A stretch of 64,000 bases of DNA, taken from Selaginella moellendorffii (lineage: Eukaryota; Plantae; Lycopodiophyta). This document shows, one piece after another, positions 23,169 through 37,474 of the stretch. The translations under genes and the position numbers were made by a program. The stretch is from positions 371,709-435,708 of the forward strand of contig NW_003314305.1 in the NCBI RefSeq assembly GCF_000143415.4, in the 5' to 3' direction. Each line of letters starts with the position of its first letter. Within the stretch, counting starts at the first letter, position 1. The notes beneath the pieces are model-generated. The model made no database searches and was not told where the DNA came from. It saw only the letters and a program-made list of their open reading frames with translations.

Positions 23169-26100
23169 ATGTATCCAAAACCACGAAGAACATCCAGCAA
23201 GTCGGAAGAAGACCGACAACGGCTTATCCGACGTTTAGATAGAGATTTGAAGAATTTAGAAACAAAGAGAAAGAAAGACCAAGAGAAGTTGAATCAAATT
23301 GTTAGACCCTCCAAGAGAGAGAATTACATCCGACACGAATTATTACCGCGAGCTAACTCCGACGAATCAGTATCGGACATCCGCGAAGAATACGACAACT
23401 ACACAACACCACCGGACACACCACCGGCAACACCCTTGATAGCACCCACCGAAGTGCCTGAGCCTGAATCAACACCCTCGACAGCACCCACCAAAGTGCC
23501 CGAGCCCGACCGAACATTCGAGCAGTCGACACAGACTACGCCCGAGCAACAAAACATTTTTCAAGCAGCATACAACCACTTCAAAGGTACATTCACCAAC
23601 CCCATCTACAGTGACAACGAACAACCAAGTTTCCCGCCCAGCTTCACAGACTTCACCAGACCAGCACCATTTTCGCCATACCGACCAATCTTCACAACAC
23701 CAATATATCCCACATTTGCTTCCAACATTTACCGAAGCCCGCTATCAGCAAGACCTTTCGAACACGCTTTCGACTTCAATGTGCCGACGAGACAACAACT
23801 CGACTTCACTAATTACAGTCGCACTCCGATATACCCAGTTAACAGCAGTCAAGACGAACAACCCGAATCCTCCAATAGTCAAGCACTCGACGTCAACAAC
23901 TCACACCGAACTACCGAACAGCTACAATCATACAACAACAACGAGATCGACGAACCAGTTGTCGACGACAACAATCTTCCACAGCGACTACAGTCACCAC
24001 ACAACTATACGTTCGAAGAACTCTTTGACAATTTAGAAGAACAACCACAACCAACACAACATAACTCCGACAAGTACGTCGACAACAAGTTCAAGCACCA
24101 TCTTCCCAAAATCAACACCAGCAAGCAACCCAACACCGACGACGACGTCGACGACACACCCAAAAACAGTCCCAACACAGAAGAACAAACAACGAAGAGT
24201 CCACTAAACAACAACAACAATTCACCACCTTCCTCTTACACCAACTTTGCCATCAACCCCGACAACCCCTTGCTACAAATCACCTTAGCACTCCACGGTG
24301 ACAACCTGACAAAACAATCTCGACAATACCGACATTACTACCAACAACAAATGGCAGTCACTACTGCCGTCGCCAACATACTTGTCGGAAGACACGTCTC
24401 CTATCCACTATTTCATGGTCTGAAGTCAGAAGACACCGAGAAACATGTTGAACAGTTCCGAGAAGCAATCCGAATCAATGGCCAGACGACTGAACTTCCA
24501 TACTACTTCCGATGTACCCTTCGAAAAAGAGCCAATGAATGGGCTCAAACACTTCCTCAAAATACAAGTTTCGACGACCTCACACTCAAGCTCGTAGACC
24601 GATTCAAGTCTTCCCTCACTCAAAGCCAACGACTTCACAAGATCCAAAAACTCAAGCAGAAGTCTGGACAATCCATCGACGACTACACTCAAACCTTCAC
24701 TCGACATGCCAGAAAATGCGGCAACAGTGCCACCGAAACATTACTTTACCAATGGTACATGCAAGGCCTCCGACGATCCCTCCGAGAAGCGGCAACACAC
24801 ATCAACGTTGCCACTTATCTCGAACTCGCAAGAGCCCTTCAAGATGTTCAAGCTCGACGAATGACAACACAAGTAGATGACACGGATGACTCAGATTCTG
24901 ATAGCAGTTCCAACAACGACTCCGATGATGAACTCGGAGAGAGCACCAAGTCAAAACTTCAGAAACTTAGGAAAACAATTGACAAGCTCAAGGGAAAAGC
25001 CAAGGCCGACATCAAAGAATTTCGATCTGGAATTTGGTGTACTAAGTGCAAGAACGAAGGACATCCGGCAAGTGACTGCAAGCTCCAAATCTCCAAATGC
25101 CAGATCTATACCAAAGAAGGTCATGACGCCAAGACTTGCAGATTTCGAAATTCTCCAGAAGTTCGACAAGTCTCGAACTATCCCCGACAGCAGTTTCGAC
25201 AACCATATCCAAATCAATACTTCGACAATTACCAGCCACCACCTCTGACAAACTGGAGACCACCGAGAAACAACTTCCAACACCAGAGTCGACAATGGAA
25301 TGATCAACCTCGCTATAACAACTACAACAATTACAACGACTACAATAACAACTACAACAATCGCCAACACCTGCCGAACCGGAACTACCCAGCAAACCAA
25401 GACAACTACAACCAAGGATACCAACAATACCCAAGATACCAGAACCGAAGATACCAAGGCCAAGGTTATCAAGACCAGGCCTACCAAGGCAACTACAACA
25501 ACCGACCATGGCAACCTCGACTTCAAAACCAAGGCGGTCCGCCGAGACTTGGTCCACCGCCTCCTCGACAACAAGATCAGAACCAGCAGCAACCACCAAC
25601 AACAAGGATGGTCGAGACTGACGAACTACCTTATGCCGACAATGACGACTCAGATCCTCAAGTCATGGCAGTACAAACCCGAGCACAAATTCGAGCAGAA
25701 AAACAACAACAACCGGACAGAGATTCTGGAGATAGTGAAGAGAAAGGCCCTGAGAGCCCGACAAAACTCCGGGAATGGAAAAAGAAGCAGAAGTTAGCTG
25801 CCAAGATACAGCAGCAACTCGCTCTACAACCACCCGAATTAGTGATTTTAGACTCCGACAATGAAGCTCAACCATCACCAGCTCGACAACAATGCCAAGA
25901 CTCAATACCAGAAAACAAACAGACAAATCGTCCAACATCGACACCGACACCAGAACACAATTCGGCAAACTTCGACAAAATCCAAGCAGTCGCAGAGACT
26001 ATCCTCAACCAAAATATTCAGATCACCATCGGCCAACTGCTAAAGATTGCACCCTACCTCACCAAAAAGCTCACTGATCTGACATCTGCACCGACCAACA

Positions 26101-26564
26101 CTTTGATAGACTCGCCCACACTCAACTCGACACAGACAGCTGTTGACACATTTCGAACCGAGATTCAACCAGGCGATTGTGACAATGATGTTCCGACAAT
26201 CGACCTACGACTCGACAAACATCTTGTTCGAGGAGCCATAATTGACGGCAGCTCCAGCGTTAATATTATTGAAGAAAGTCTTGTTCAACAACTCAACATC
26301 GGCCCAGTTCACCCAGCACCTTTCAATGTCCGAATGGCCGACCACCGATCTGTTCAACCCAAAGGCATCATCCGAAAAGTCAACACCACCATTCAAGGCG
26401 TCGAAATACCAGTTAACTATGTCGTCCTTAAACTACCGGAGCAGACCGATGGATACTCAATTCTCCTCGGTCGACCTTGGCTCCGAACTGCCCAAGTTTA
26501 TCAAGATTGGCCCAATCCTTCACGGACCAGATGGACCAACAACTGTGTCGACAAAAGCGACTAA
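23169..26564 (+). CDS. gag: Gag-protease (retrotrans gag, two CCHC-type knuckles, aspartic protease)
   Basis: LKQKSGQSIDDY, CTKCKNEGHPASDC, CQIYTKEGHDAKTC, AIIDGSSSVNII, ILLGRPWL. Frameshift into pol at ~26510-26560. Confidence 0.9.
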   Translation: MYPKPRRTSSKSEEDRQRLIRRLDRDLKNLETKRKKDQEKLNQIVRPSKRENYIRHELLPRANSDESVSDIREEYDNYTTPPDTPPATPLIAPTEVPEPESTPSTAPTKVPEPDRTFEQSTQTTPEQQNIFQAAYNHFKGTFTNPIYSDNEQPSFPPSFTDFTRPAPFSPYRPIFTTPIYPTFASNIYRSPLSARPFEHAFDFNVPTRQQLDFTNYSRTPIYPVNSSQDEQPESSNSQALDVNNSHRTTEQLQSYNNNEIDEPVVDDNNLPQRLQSPHNYTFEELFDNLEEQPQPTQHNSDKYVDNKFKHHLPKINTSKQPNTDDDVDDTPKNSPNTEEQTTKSPLNNNNNSPPSSYTNFAINPDNPLLQITLALHGDNLTKQSRQYRHYYQQQMAVTTAVANILVGRHVSYPLFHGLKSEDTEKHVEQFREAIRINGQTTELPYYFRCTLRKRANEWAQTLPQNTSFDDLTLKLVDRFKSSLTQSQRLHKIQKLKQKSGQSIDDYTQTFTRHARKCGNSATETLLYQWYMQGLRRSLREAATHINVATYLELARALQDVQARRMTTQVDDTDDSDSDSSSNNDSDDELGESTKSKLQKLRKTIDKLKGKAKADIKEFRSGIWCTKCKNEGHPASDCKLQISKCQIYTKEGHDAKTCRFRNSPEVRQVSNYPRQQFRQPYPNQYFDNYQPPPLTNWRPPRNNFQHQSRQWNDQPRYNNYNNYNDYNNNYNNRQHLPNRNYPANQDNYNQGYQQYPRYQNRRYQGQGYQDQAYQGNYNNRPWQPRLQNQGGPPRLGPPPPRQQDQNQQQPPTTRMVETDELPYADNDDSDPQVMAVQTRAQIRAEKQQQPDRDSGDSEEKGPESPTKLREWKKKQKLAAKIQQQLALQPPELVILDSDNEAQPSPARQQCQDSIPENKQTNRPTSTPTPEHNSANFDKIQAVAETILNQNIQITIGQLLKIAPYLTKKLTDLTSAPTNTLIDSPTLNSTQTAVDTFRTEIQPGDCDNDVPTIDLRLDKHLVRGAIIDGSSSVNIIEESLVQQLNIGPVHPAPFNVRMADHRSVQPKGIIRKVNTTIQGVEIPVNYVVLKLPEQTDGYSILLGRPWLRTAQVYQDWPNPSRTRWTNNCVDKSD

Positions 26565-29500
26565 ATTGCTGTCCAGCCACAACCGACCTATTGACTTGGA
26601 AGAATATAATCTCGAAGATGGCCTCGACGACTATGAAGAACAACAAATTCTCAAAGCCTACCCCGATCTCGAACCTTTGGCCGAGATCGACCTCTTCCGA
26701 ATTGTCGCCGACTTCCAACGAGAACGACCCCCAATTACATCAGCACTGAAAAATCCAGTCACTCGAGATACAAAACTCAAAGCGCCACCGGCATTCACAG
26801 TCGACAACCACAACAAATTTGCCTACATTCCGTCAATTCCAGCAGACCAAAAACTCGAAAAAGTCAGCCTTACCGACGACGGCAACGAACACTACATTGT
26901 ACTCGCCACTGACATCTCGGCAAGTTTTCGAGACAAAGGCATCAATCTTCTCCGAAAGAAGAAACACTTGTTCGCTTGGAGTTATCGAGACCTTAAGGGA
27001 GTTTCGCCAAAACTCAGCCTTCACACCATCACCCTTCTTCCAAACTCAAAACCAAGAAGACAAGCAGCCTACCGGATGAATCCGAATCTGATGGAACAAG
27101 TAAAGAAAGAACTCGACAAGCTTTTCCAAGTCGAGTACATCTACCCAATTCAGAATCCGATATGGCTTTCACCACTGGTGGTTGTACCGAAGAAAAATGG
27201 CAAACTTCGAATCTGCGTCAACTATAAACAGCTCAACGACGCCACCGAAAAAGATGTCTTCCCGATACCATTTACCGATGAAGTTCTTGACGCAGTCGCC
27301 GGACACGAGATGTATTCCTTCCTCGATGGTTTCTCCGGCTACAACCAAATTCACATCGCCGAAGAAGATCAGCACAAGACAGCATTCATCAGTCCATGGG
27401 GAGCCTATGCTTATCGACGAATGCCTTTTGGACTCTGCAACGCCCCATTCACCTTCCAAAGGCTTGTTACCAACACTTTCCGAGACTACCTCACTGACTT
27501 CATGAGAGTCTTCATGGACGACTTCAGCGTTTTCAGCTCGGAAGATCAACATCTTGAATGCTTGGAGAAATGCCTCAACAAATGCGAGGAGAACAACATA
27601 GCACTCAACCCCGACAAATGCGCTTTCTTCGTCAAATCTGGAGTACTCCTCAGCCACGTTGTCTGCAAAGACGGCATTCTCATCGACAAGGACAAAGTTG
27701 ACGTCATCTCCAAACTTGAACCGCCGAAGAACCAGAAAGAACTTCAGCGCTTCCTCGGCAAAGTCGGATATCACCGACGATTCATCCACAAGTACGCTCA
27801 CATTGCCAAACCACTCACTGATGGACTAAAACAAGATGCCCAATGGACATGGACGTCCGAACAGCAACAAGCATTCGACAATCTCCGACTCAAACTAACA
27901 ACAGCACCGATCCTTGCCAAGCCCGACTGGACACAAGAGTTCCACATTCATGTCGACACTTCCGACGTCGCCACTGGTGCAATTCTGAGCCAAACTCAAC
28001 ACGACAACCGAGATCAACCGATCTACTACGCCAGCCGACTACTCAACCCAGCTGAACGAAATTACACCACCACCGAGAAAGAAGCTCTCGGCATGATCTA
28101 CTCACTTCAGAAGTTTCGACACTACATACTGTCAACCAAAGTCGTAATTTTTGTCGACCACAAGGCACTCCTTTACCTCATCAACAGGCCGATATTATCT
28201 GGTCGAATATCAAGATGGTTCCTTTTACTACAAGAATACAACTTTGAGATTGTCCACAAACCTGGTAAAAATCACGAGCAAGCAGATTATCTCAGCCGGA
28301 TCACCACCGGCGATAAACCCGAAAGACTTACCGATGACTTACCCGACTCAAACCTATTCCAAGTTTCAATACCAGCAACCTGGCTCGACGACGTCTTCAA
28401 TTACCTAAACTCAGCAAAAGTTCCAGATCAGTACACTACGTCTGACCAAAAGAAGTCTTTTGTTGCTAAAACCTGATGATACTCAATCATCGGAGGCAAT
28501 CTCTACAAACTAGGAATTGACAACATTCTTCGCCGATGCATCAAACCACAAAGCACAACTCAAATCATCAAGGAAGCTCACGATGGACCTTCCGGCGGAC
28601 ACTTCGCCGCTGACACCACAGCTCGGAAGATTCTTCAAGCCGGCCTCTGGTGGCCGACACTCTGGCATGACACTAAAGAATTCTGCAAACGCTGCGACAC
28701 ATGTCAAAGACACCGACTACCGCCGAAAACTTAGACTCAACAACTCAACCCAACATTCCCAATGGCACCATTTCAGAAATGGGGACTTGACTTCATTGGA
28801 CCCCAAGTCAGCACCCGTCGACGAAATCAGTACATCATTGTCGCCACCGATTACACTACCAAGTGGGCCGAAGCAATACCTCTCCAACATGCCACAGCAA
28901 AAGAAACAGCAACCTTCATCTAGGAAAATATCATCACTCGTTTCGGCACACCACTTGAACTCGTCACCGACAGAGGCACCCACTTCATCAACCAAACAAT
29001 CGAACATCTCGCCACCGAGTTCAAAATCCGACACAAAACGTCGACACCATACTATCCTCAAGGCAACGGTCAAGCAGAAGCAACGAACAAAACACTGAAG
29101 ACCATCCTCAAAAAAGTCATCAACGATTCCGGCAAAGATTGGGACAACAAACTTCTCGACGTACTTTGGGCCTATCGCACTGCGTATAAAGTCACCACTG
29201 ACATGACGCCATTCAAACTCGCCTTTGGAACAGAAGCCATCACACCAATTGAATTCATCGTCCCAAGCATGCGAGTCACCGTCAACTATAATCTCGACAC
29301 CCGACATGCAGTTCGAGAAAGGCTTCAGCAACTCGAACATCTCGATGAACTCCGACTCAACGCCCTCTGGACACTTCATGCCATCCAAAAACAGAGAAAA
29401 GCTCGGCACGACCGACAAGCATCCCAGCATAACATTCCCAAATACAGCGTCGATGATCATGTTCTCTGGTACCGAGGACCCATCGGCAAACTTGGCCGAA

Positions 29501-32043
29501 AACTCCACACCAACTGGCAAGGACCTTTCAAAATCATTGAACTATACCCCAACGGCACCGCCAAAGTCAGCACACTCGCCGAAGACTTCACTGAGATTGT
29601 CAACCTCAACAAGCTTCGACCATATCACATCAACATATTCAGCATCAGCACCTCAACAAATTTCAGACCCAAACCGACAAACACCCCAAAACCAACAATC
29701 AACACTCACCCCAATAGACAAACTTTAACTCAAATCAGTTCGACACAACTCAACTCAACTCAACACGAACTCATCCACCAACTTCAGCAACAAACAGTAG
29801 CAAAAATCTGTAAGTCCCAAGCTACCGTTGGATCAACGCCACCTGACCAAATATCAACAGTTGAACTTGAGTTAACTTCATCACTAATATCCACCATTGA
29901 TTTGCAATCAAGACAAAGCAAACCACATCAATTCCGTCAACAAATCTTGACCGTTCATCACCAGCAATCGAGCGCCGCACGATCAGCCAACCAACAGTTA
30001 CAGGTTTCAAGAACCCTAACGGGGCGAGCACTTCGATCGCAGAAAATGAAGAGAAAGATGCCAGCTCATCCACCCCGATGCCTCAGATATGTCATACACC
30101 ATTTTCCTAGGCTTCCCAGCAACGACACAACCACCTGGCTCAAGGACCACGGATTCGAGCTCCTCCACAAGGCCTTTTCAACACACCCTGATCAAAAACT
30201 AGCGAGGAAACTGGCCGCCTCCTTCAACCCCAAGAACAGCACCATAACCGACGGCACCAACGAGATCACCCTCAGCCCAGCAAGAATCGCCTCTGTTTTC
30301 AAAATCTCCAACAAGGGACTGCTCAAATTTTTAGGAGAAGTTCCACAGCAAATCATCAAGGCCAATCGAGAAATTACCGGTGAGCTCACATGGGAGGACA
30401 TCGAGGAGCAGCATATGGATCGCCTCAAAGCCCTCCTCCTCTACTACGAACTTCGCCCAACAGATCGCACCATCGGCAAGCGCACAGCAGAAGTCTACGG
30501 AGCTCTACTCAACGGCAAACGTGTGAACGTGGCTCATCATCTCCACGAGCTCCTTCTCAAGCTTCTCGACCGCGCCATCCTCGCCACACTCAACAAGAAG
30601 ACCATGCGCACAGTAATCTTCCCACTGCTGATCGCTATACACCAAGCTCTTCCCAACAAGCAACCGTGGACAACCCAAACGAACTCCACAGAACAAAGCG
30701 ACAGCTCCGAAGAACACTCAGAATCAGAAGGAGCAACTCCCAGCAAGAAACCGAAGCCAGCATCTCAACAATCAGGCTCAACTCACTCCAACAACACCAG
30801 CTCCAGCAACATACACTCCAACAATTCAACTCCACTTCGCCACCGCTTCACACGCAAAACACCAGCGAATCCAGCTCCCAAACCGCTGATCCGAGAGCAC
30901 CTCGTCATCAGCAACAAGGAACACAACTCACACCACCATCAACAATCACCCCAGAGCCCGCATCCACTCGAATCAGCCCCAAAACCGACAACTTCTCACA
31001 AACACATCAACATCGCCAAAGAAAAACGTCAGTTGATCGCCCAGAACTCAATTTCTACACCAGCTGAGAACAACATTCTCAACGCCCCGACCTCCTTGAC
31101 ACGTTCCACAAAAGAAAACATTGACTACCTTCGCCAATTACTTGAAGAACACGCAACCATGTCTCCTCCAGCAAATACCACGACCAGCATTCACAAAAAT
31201 TCCACCCCTTCAACAAAATTCCAAGCGAAAAATTTCTCAACGGATAAATTAATTTCAGCGCCACATCTGGGCCGTTCATCCACCATCAAACTGAAAAGCT
31301 CATCTCCAACCACCTCAAAGAATTTGGCCCGACCACGTCACCCACATCCAACGAAGCAGATTCAGCCTCCAGCAACTTCAACTCCCGGGACCAAGAACAC
31401 AGCGAACCCTAGCAAGAAACACCAGGATCACTGAGCAGGAGCAGGAGCAGCAACCATGCCTCAGCCACAGAGTCAGGTACGCCGTGATTATGACGAGATC
31501 AGGAAGGAGTACGAAGATAAACTTCGCGACCCAAGCTACTGCACCCGCAAGTTGTTTGAAGCCCTGGATCAACGCATGCACCGCGAGCAAGCAAACTACT
31601 TCCCAACACCAGCCGACATTGCACAGCATCTTCTCAAGCAAAACTCCTTCATATACACCTGGGGAGCGATCAAGAAGGAATTTTATGAGCCTTTAAACCA
31701 CCGGCTGGATACTCAAATTGAAGAGATGAAGCAGATCCGCACTGACCTCCGGGACATCAAGAAGATCGTCTCCAAGCAGCCATCAACCCCATCAGCAGCT
31801 CACGAATTCACCTACAAATTCAAATATGAAGAGCTCAACGCCCGCTACCGGAAACTCGAGGATGATCATACCGCCCTGCTGGCTGAGGTAGCCGACCTCC
31901 AGGAAGATGGGACAGATCCACCAGACAGCGTCCCTAACCACAAGCTTACACTCCCACAGCAAAAACGTCGCCTCTATCGACTTGAACAGCAGCAGCAACA
32001 AGCGATGGAAACTGACTATATTCGCACCGAGGACGGTGTCTAG
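26510..32043 (+). pseudogene. pol: pol (RT-RNase H-integrase) continuing in the same frame into a ~800-aa extension; a few nonsense mutations
   Basis: RT MPFGLCNAP/FMDDF; RNase H VDTS, EKEAL; integrase HHCC and WGLDFIGP/TDRGTHF/GQAEATNK. Stops at 28474/28477, ~28732, 28921 and 31432 all lie in one frame that ends at TAG 32041-32043. Confidence 0.85.
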
Positions 32044-32062
32044 TTCTGTCAGGGGAGCAGAA

Positions 32063-32349
32063 TGTAGCAACCAAAAACCCAGGTTCAGGGGACTCTGACT
32101 TTGAACCCAGGGCTGCATCGGAGCCATAGATTAAATCATGCATAGCATATAGTATATGCTAGCAGTTAGAACCGCTAGCCTTTCAAAAGGGGGAATCCGA
32201 ATTGTGGATCCCTATCTCCATTCCATTGTTTTTCTTATCAATACACAGCATTCTTTTACTCGTGCTTCTTCTCTGCCCTTGGAGATCGGGCCCTTTTCTC
32301 TTTTGTTTTCTTACTAACAATAGATTTCCAGTGAAGAGGAGTTTTCACA
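32063..32349 (+). repeat. 3' LTR
   Basis: Preceded by PPT AGGGGAGCAGAA and followed by TSD TCATC. Confidence 0.95.
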
Positions 32350-33249
32350 TCATCAAACTTTTGTGACTAGTATATTGTCAAAGTGGAAATATAGGGTTGG
32401 CAGAAAGTCATAGTGATCATTCTGCAGGAGAGCTTGGCAGTGGATGTCAGCCTTTTGGTCTAAGGATTGGTGATGGCTTTCATAGCTCAATTAATCGTTT
32501 TGATTTGTTGTAAGGTCCCATTGGAGGTTTGTCTGAATGAATGTTGAAGTTTAGTTTTCATTTAATGTGCAGAAAATTCAAACACCGACCATGTGTTTGG
32601 ACATCATTCCTATCGTTGTTGTGGTTCAACAACATCTGAGAGAGAAGCTGATACAGCACACTGGAAAGAAAGAAAAGAAAAATCAGTTCCTCATAGGAAT
32701 CCAAGTCTACATGTAAGCTGTTGGTGTATTATATAAAGATAACATTGAAAACTATTATTACTTAAAACTAAAGATAATATAGTTATTACTTTGAGTTATT
32801 GCACACAGCATGAAGATCATGCTTTCCCAGTGACTCTGCTGGAACTGTGATGGCATTCTACATGTCATTTGAGACCGAGAATCATGAAGTTCTTGGAATC
32901 TTTTCAGCCAGCCATACAACATTTTTGCCAATGGCATTGGAAACCAGAAACTTTAGTTTGATCTAGCTCAGGACTTCCAACAGCTACTCCTTCCTCTAGA
33001 ACAATCAGCAAATTGGGTAAGTGTCTTTTTTTGCAGTTTCGATCATCACTCTAATTGTGGCTTTCAGATTATACACCAATGATGTTCCTCTTTGTGTCCA
33101 AAAGAACAATGCGGTCACTGGGATCCCATTCCTAATCGAGAGCCAGCCCATGGGGTTCTACTCTAGCCTGAATGATGAAAGCGTACAATGCACAGTGACT
33201 TTGAGCTGCCAGTTCGTCCCAACTTCCATGCACACTAAGTGCGAGTAGC

Positions 33250-33480
33250 ATTGCTTTGCGTTGAAGTTACTAAGTTGGAGGTCGCTACTAGCATCAATCA
33301 GAAAGGTCCAAGCGCTGGGGATGCATCCTTTGCATTGCATTTGCTCAAAGAGCTCGATGGCAGTCTTGCCTTGGTTGTTGTTATTCCTTTCCTGAAGCAC
33401 TCCACCTTTACAAGCTTTCTATCAATTTGTTGTATATTGATCCACAAGCAATAGGTGGTTTTTTTAAGCTCTTTTTGATG
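33250..33480 (-). pseudogene. PPR gene fragment
   Basis: GKTAIELFEQMQCKGCIPSAWTF resembles a PPR repeat; the surrounding frame is broken. Confidence 0.4.
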
Positions 33481-35454
33481 GAAGTCATGCCCCACTCTCC
33501 TGAGACACTTTCGATTTCTAGATTATCTGTGGCCAGTCAATATTGCTGCTATTATGAAGCCAGCAACATCACCCTTCCACTAAAGTTTGCCAAGACAGAA
33601 AGTTAAAAGAACATTATATTGCCGCTGCTCCAGGTGCAAGAAGAAAATAACTTTGATCTTCCTCTATGTCGTTGAATGAATGTTAGCCAGGAACACCTTT
33701 TACTTTGCTACTACTCACACTACAAAGTTCTTGATCTACAGGCTAGGGGCATGATTGGTGTGACAGTCGATGCACATTGGCTGGTGCCTAGAAAGATAGA
33801 GCAGACAGACATCTAGCACAACAGCCACTATCCAGTATACATGATGATCGGCTTCAAGGATATGCTTTAAGGAGATAGTTCAGCATACACACGATGCAGG
33901 GGAGGTGAAGTCTCTAGAAAGCATAAATGCAGCTCTCAAACTGTTTCACTTTCAGGTATTAGGGGTTCTTACTTGAAATGTTACCAGCTTTGATTTAGCA
34001 AGTAGAGATCTTTGAAACCATCTATAAGTGTGCTTTCTCTTCTTTTTTTTTATCTTCTCTACAGGTTATGACGGTCATGGAAATATTTGCAGTGATTACA
34101 AGATAAGACCAGTTATTTATATATAAGAAAAAATTAAATAAATATAGATTTTGGGCTTATTACATGCCTATCCATTAGTTTCTTAATAAAAATTTGTACA
34201 TATTTCCCAACAGAAGTGTTTTCAAGCCGTTTAGTCTTGTTGTGCTAGACTTCATGAAGCTGAACTTCTAACTTCCTTGGATCTCTATCTATCTGGTGGA
34301 GATAAATATTATAATTACTTAGATAGAAAAAAAAGTATTAAAAGGCAGTTGATGAATTTATTAGAATTTGTATTTTATAGGAAAATAGTTTTAATCCTAG
34401 ATAATAAGATAATATATGCAGTGCGAGTCTGCCTACTCTCACTACCTACACTCCTTGAACTCGTGCAGCCTTGGTTTCCAGAAGCTGCTCATGAATTTCT
34501 TCCATCCTCAAAATCTACCTCGCAAGGTCGCAATGTTGGATAGGCAGGCTGAAAGATCCCTATTTCGCCAAGGAATGGTAGGAAGCTGCTGTCATATGCT
34601 CTACAGTCATAGAGGATGTGGAAAACATCCTATTTGGCAAAGGCAAAGACAGCGAGGGATGCAAGGTCTAACTTGGCGGGCCATCTCAACACATAGGTGG
34701 TGATTACCACATCTGTATGTGACGAGCTTGTAGCAAGCCCACCTCGGCGCATGATGATAGATGTGGGGATCCATGCCTATCAGATTGGGGCTCCCACTGT
34801 TCTTGGCAGCGGCCATTGCTCAAAGGCCTGCGACATCCTCCAGCTATAATCGTCTAATGAGCACCTCCTTGAGATCAAGGCCAAGCTTTGCTGTCCATTT
34901 CTTGAGCTCTCGCTCGTTTTGGATGGATTGTATAATCCACTTGAAAAAGCTTTCATCTTTCGTTAGAGTCAAGGGCGAAGGTTCCTGGATCTCAGATGAA
35001 GACAATAAGAAAGATTCTAAGATCCGCAAGCCACACAAGCCCTAAAAGAACGGGTAAGAATCATCCTTGCAATCGGACAAAAAAACTAACGACGCAAGTT
35101 GCAAACATTTCGAAGCCAAAGGTCCCATTTGATGAGGTAAATTATTGCTAGACATGAATGCTAGTAGTCACACACGCAACGCAATGCCCTAAATAAAAGA
35201 TCTAAAGAACGCATCTAGTCTATCTTGTCAACACGATCCATGAATACACGGCACACATCAAAGGCAACGGTGTTTAGCGCACAGCCGTAGATCTTTGACA
35301 TCCAACGGCGGAGACAGGCCCATCCTCGTCCGTCGATATTATTGGCGGTCACGATCGACACCCATTTACGGCCTAGATTTACCCAGCGCCTTTTCTATCA
35401 TATACAAAGCGCGGAGGTATCTCACGTTATTCTTGTTCCAGCGGCGTTCTCTCC

Positions 35455-37283
<1,829 letters not shown>

Positions 37284-37474
37284 GACGGGAGCGTCACTGC
37301 CTGGCTGTACATAGTAATCCATCCTCACAGTGGACAATTTATTATTCCTGTAAATTGGTTCCTTTCCTTTGAATCGATCAAAAGACAATTAGCGTTGTGG
37401 TAGCAAAGATAGAATCCACAAAATCAGAAAATTTACAAACCAAAGGTCCACAAAATTGTGTAGTGCTGCCGCTC

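Larger units (their letters stand above)
21782..32349 (+). mobile_element. Full-length non-chromovirus Ty3/Gypsy LTR retrotransposon (possibly Selgy/Phygy- or Athila-related), recently inserted, with 5' and 3' extra ORFs
   Basis: 287-bp LTRs (21782-22068, 32063-32349; three C/T differences). TSD TCATC at 21777-21781 and 32350-32354. PBS TGGCGACCACGG at 22079-22090, PPT at 32051-32062. RT motif YSFLDGFSGYNQI is typical of non-chromoviruses. Confidence 0.95.

Noticed and set aside
24951-25797. Alternative-frame and antisense ORFs over gag (poly-Thr, poly-Val)
   Set aside because: By-products of the A/C-rich (AAC/TAC)n strand bias.
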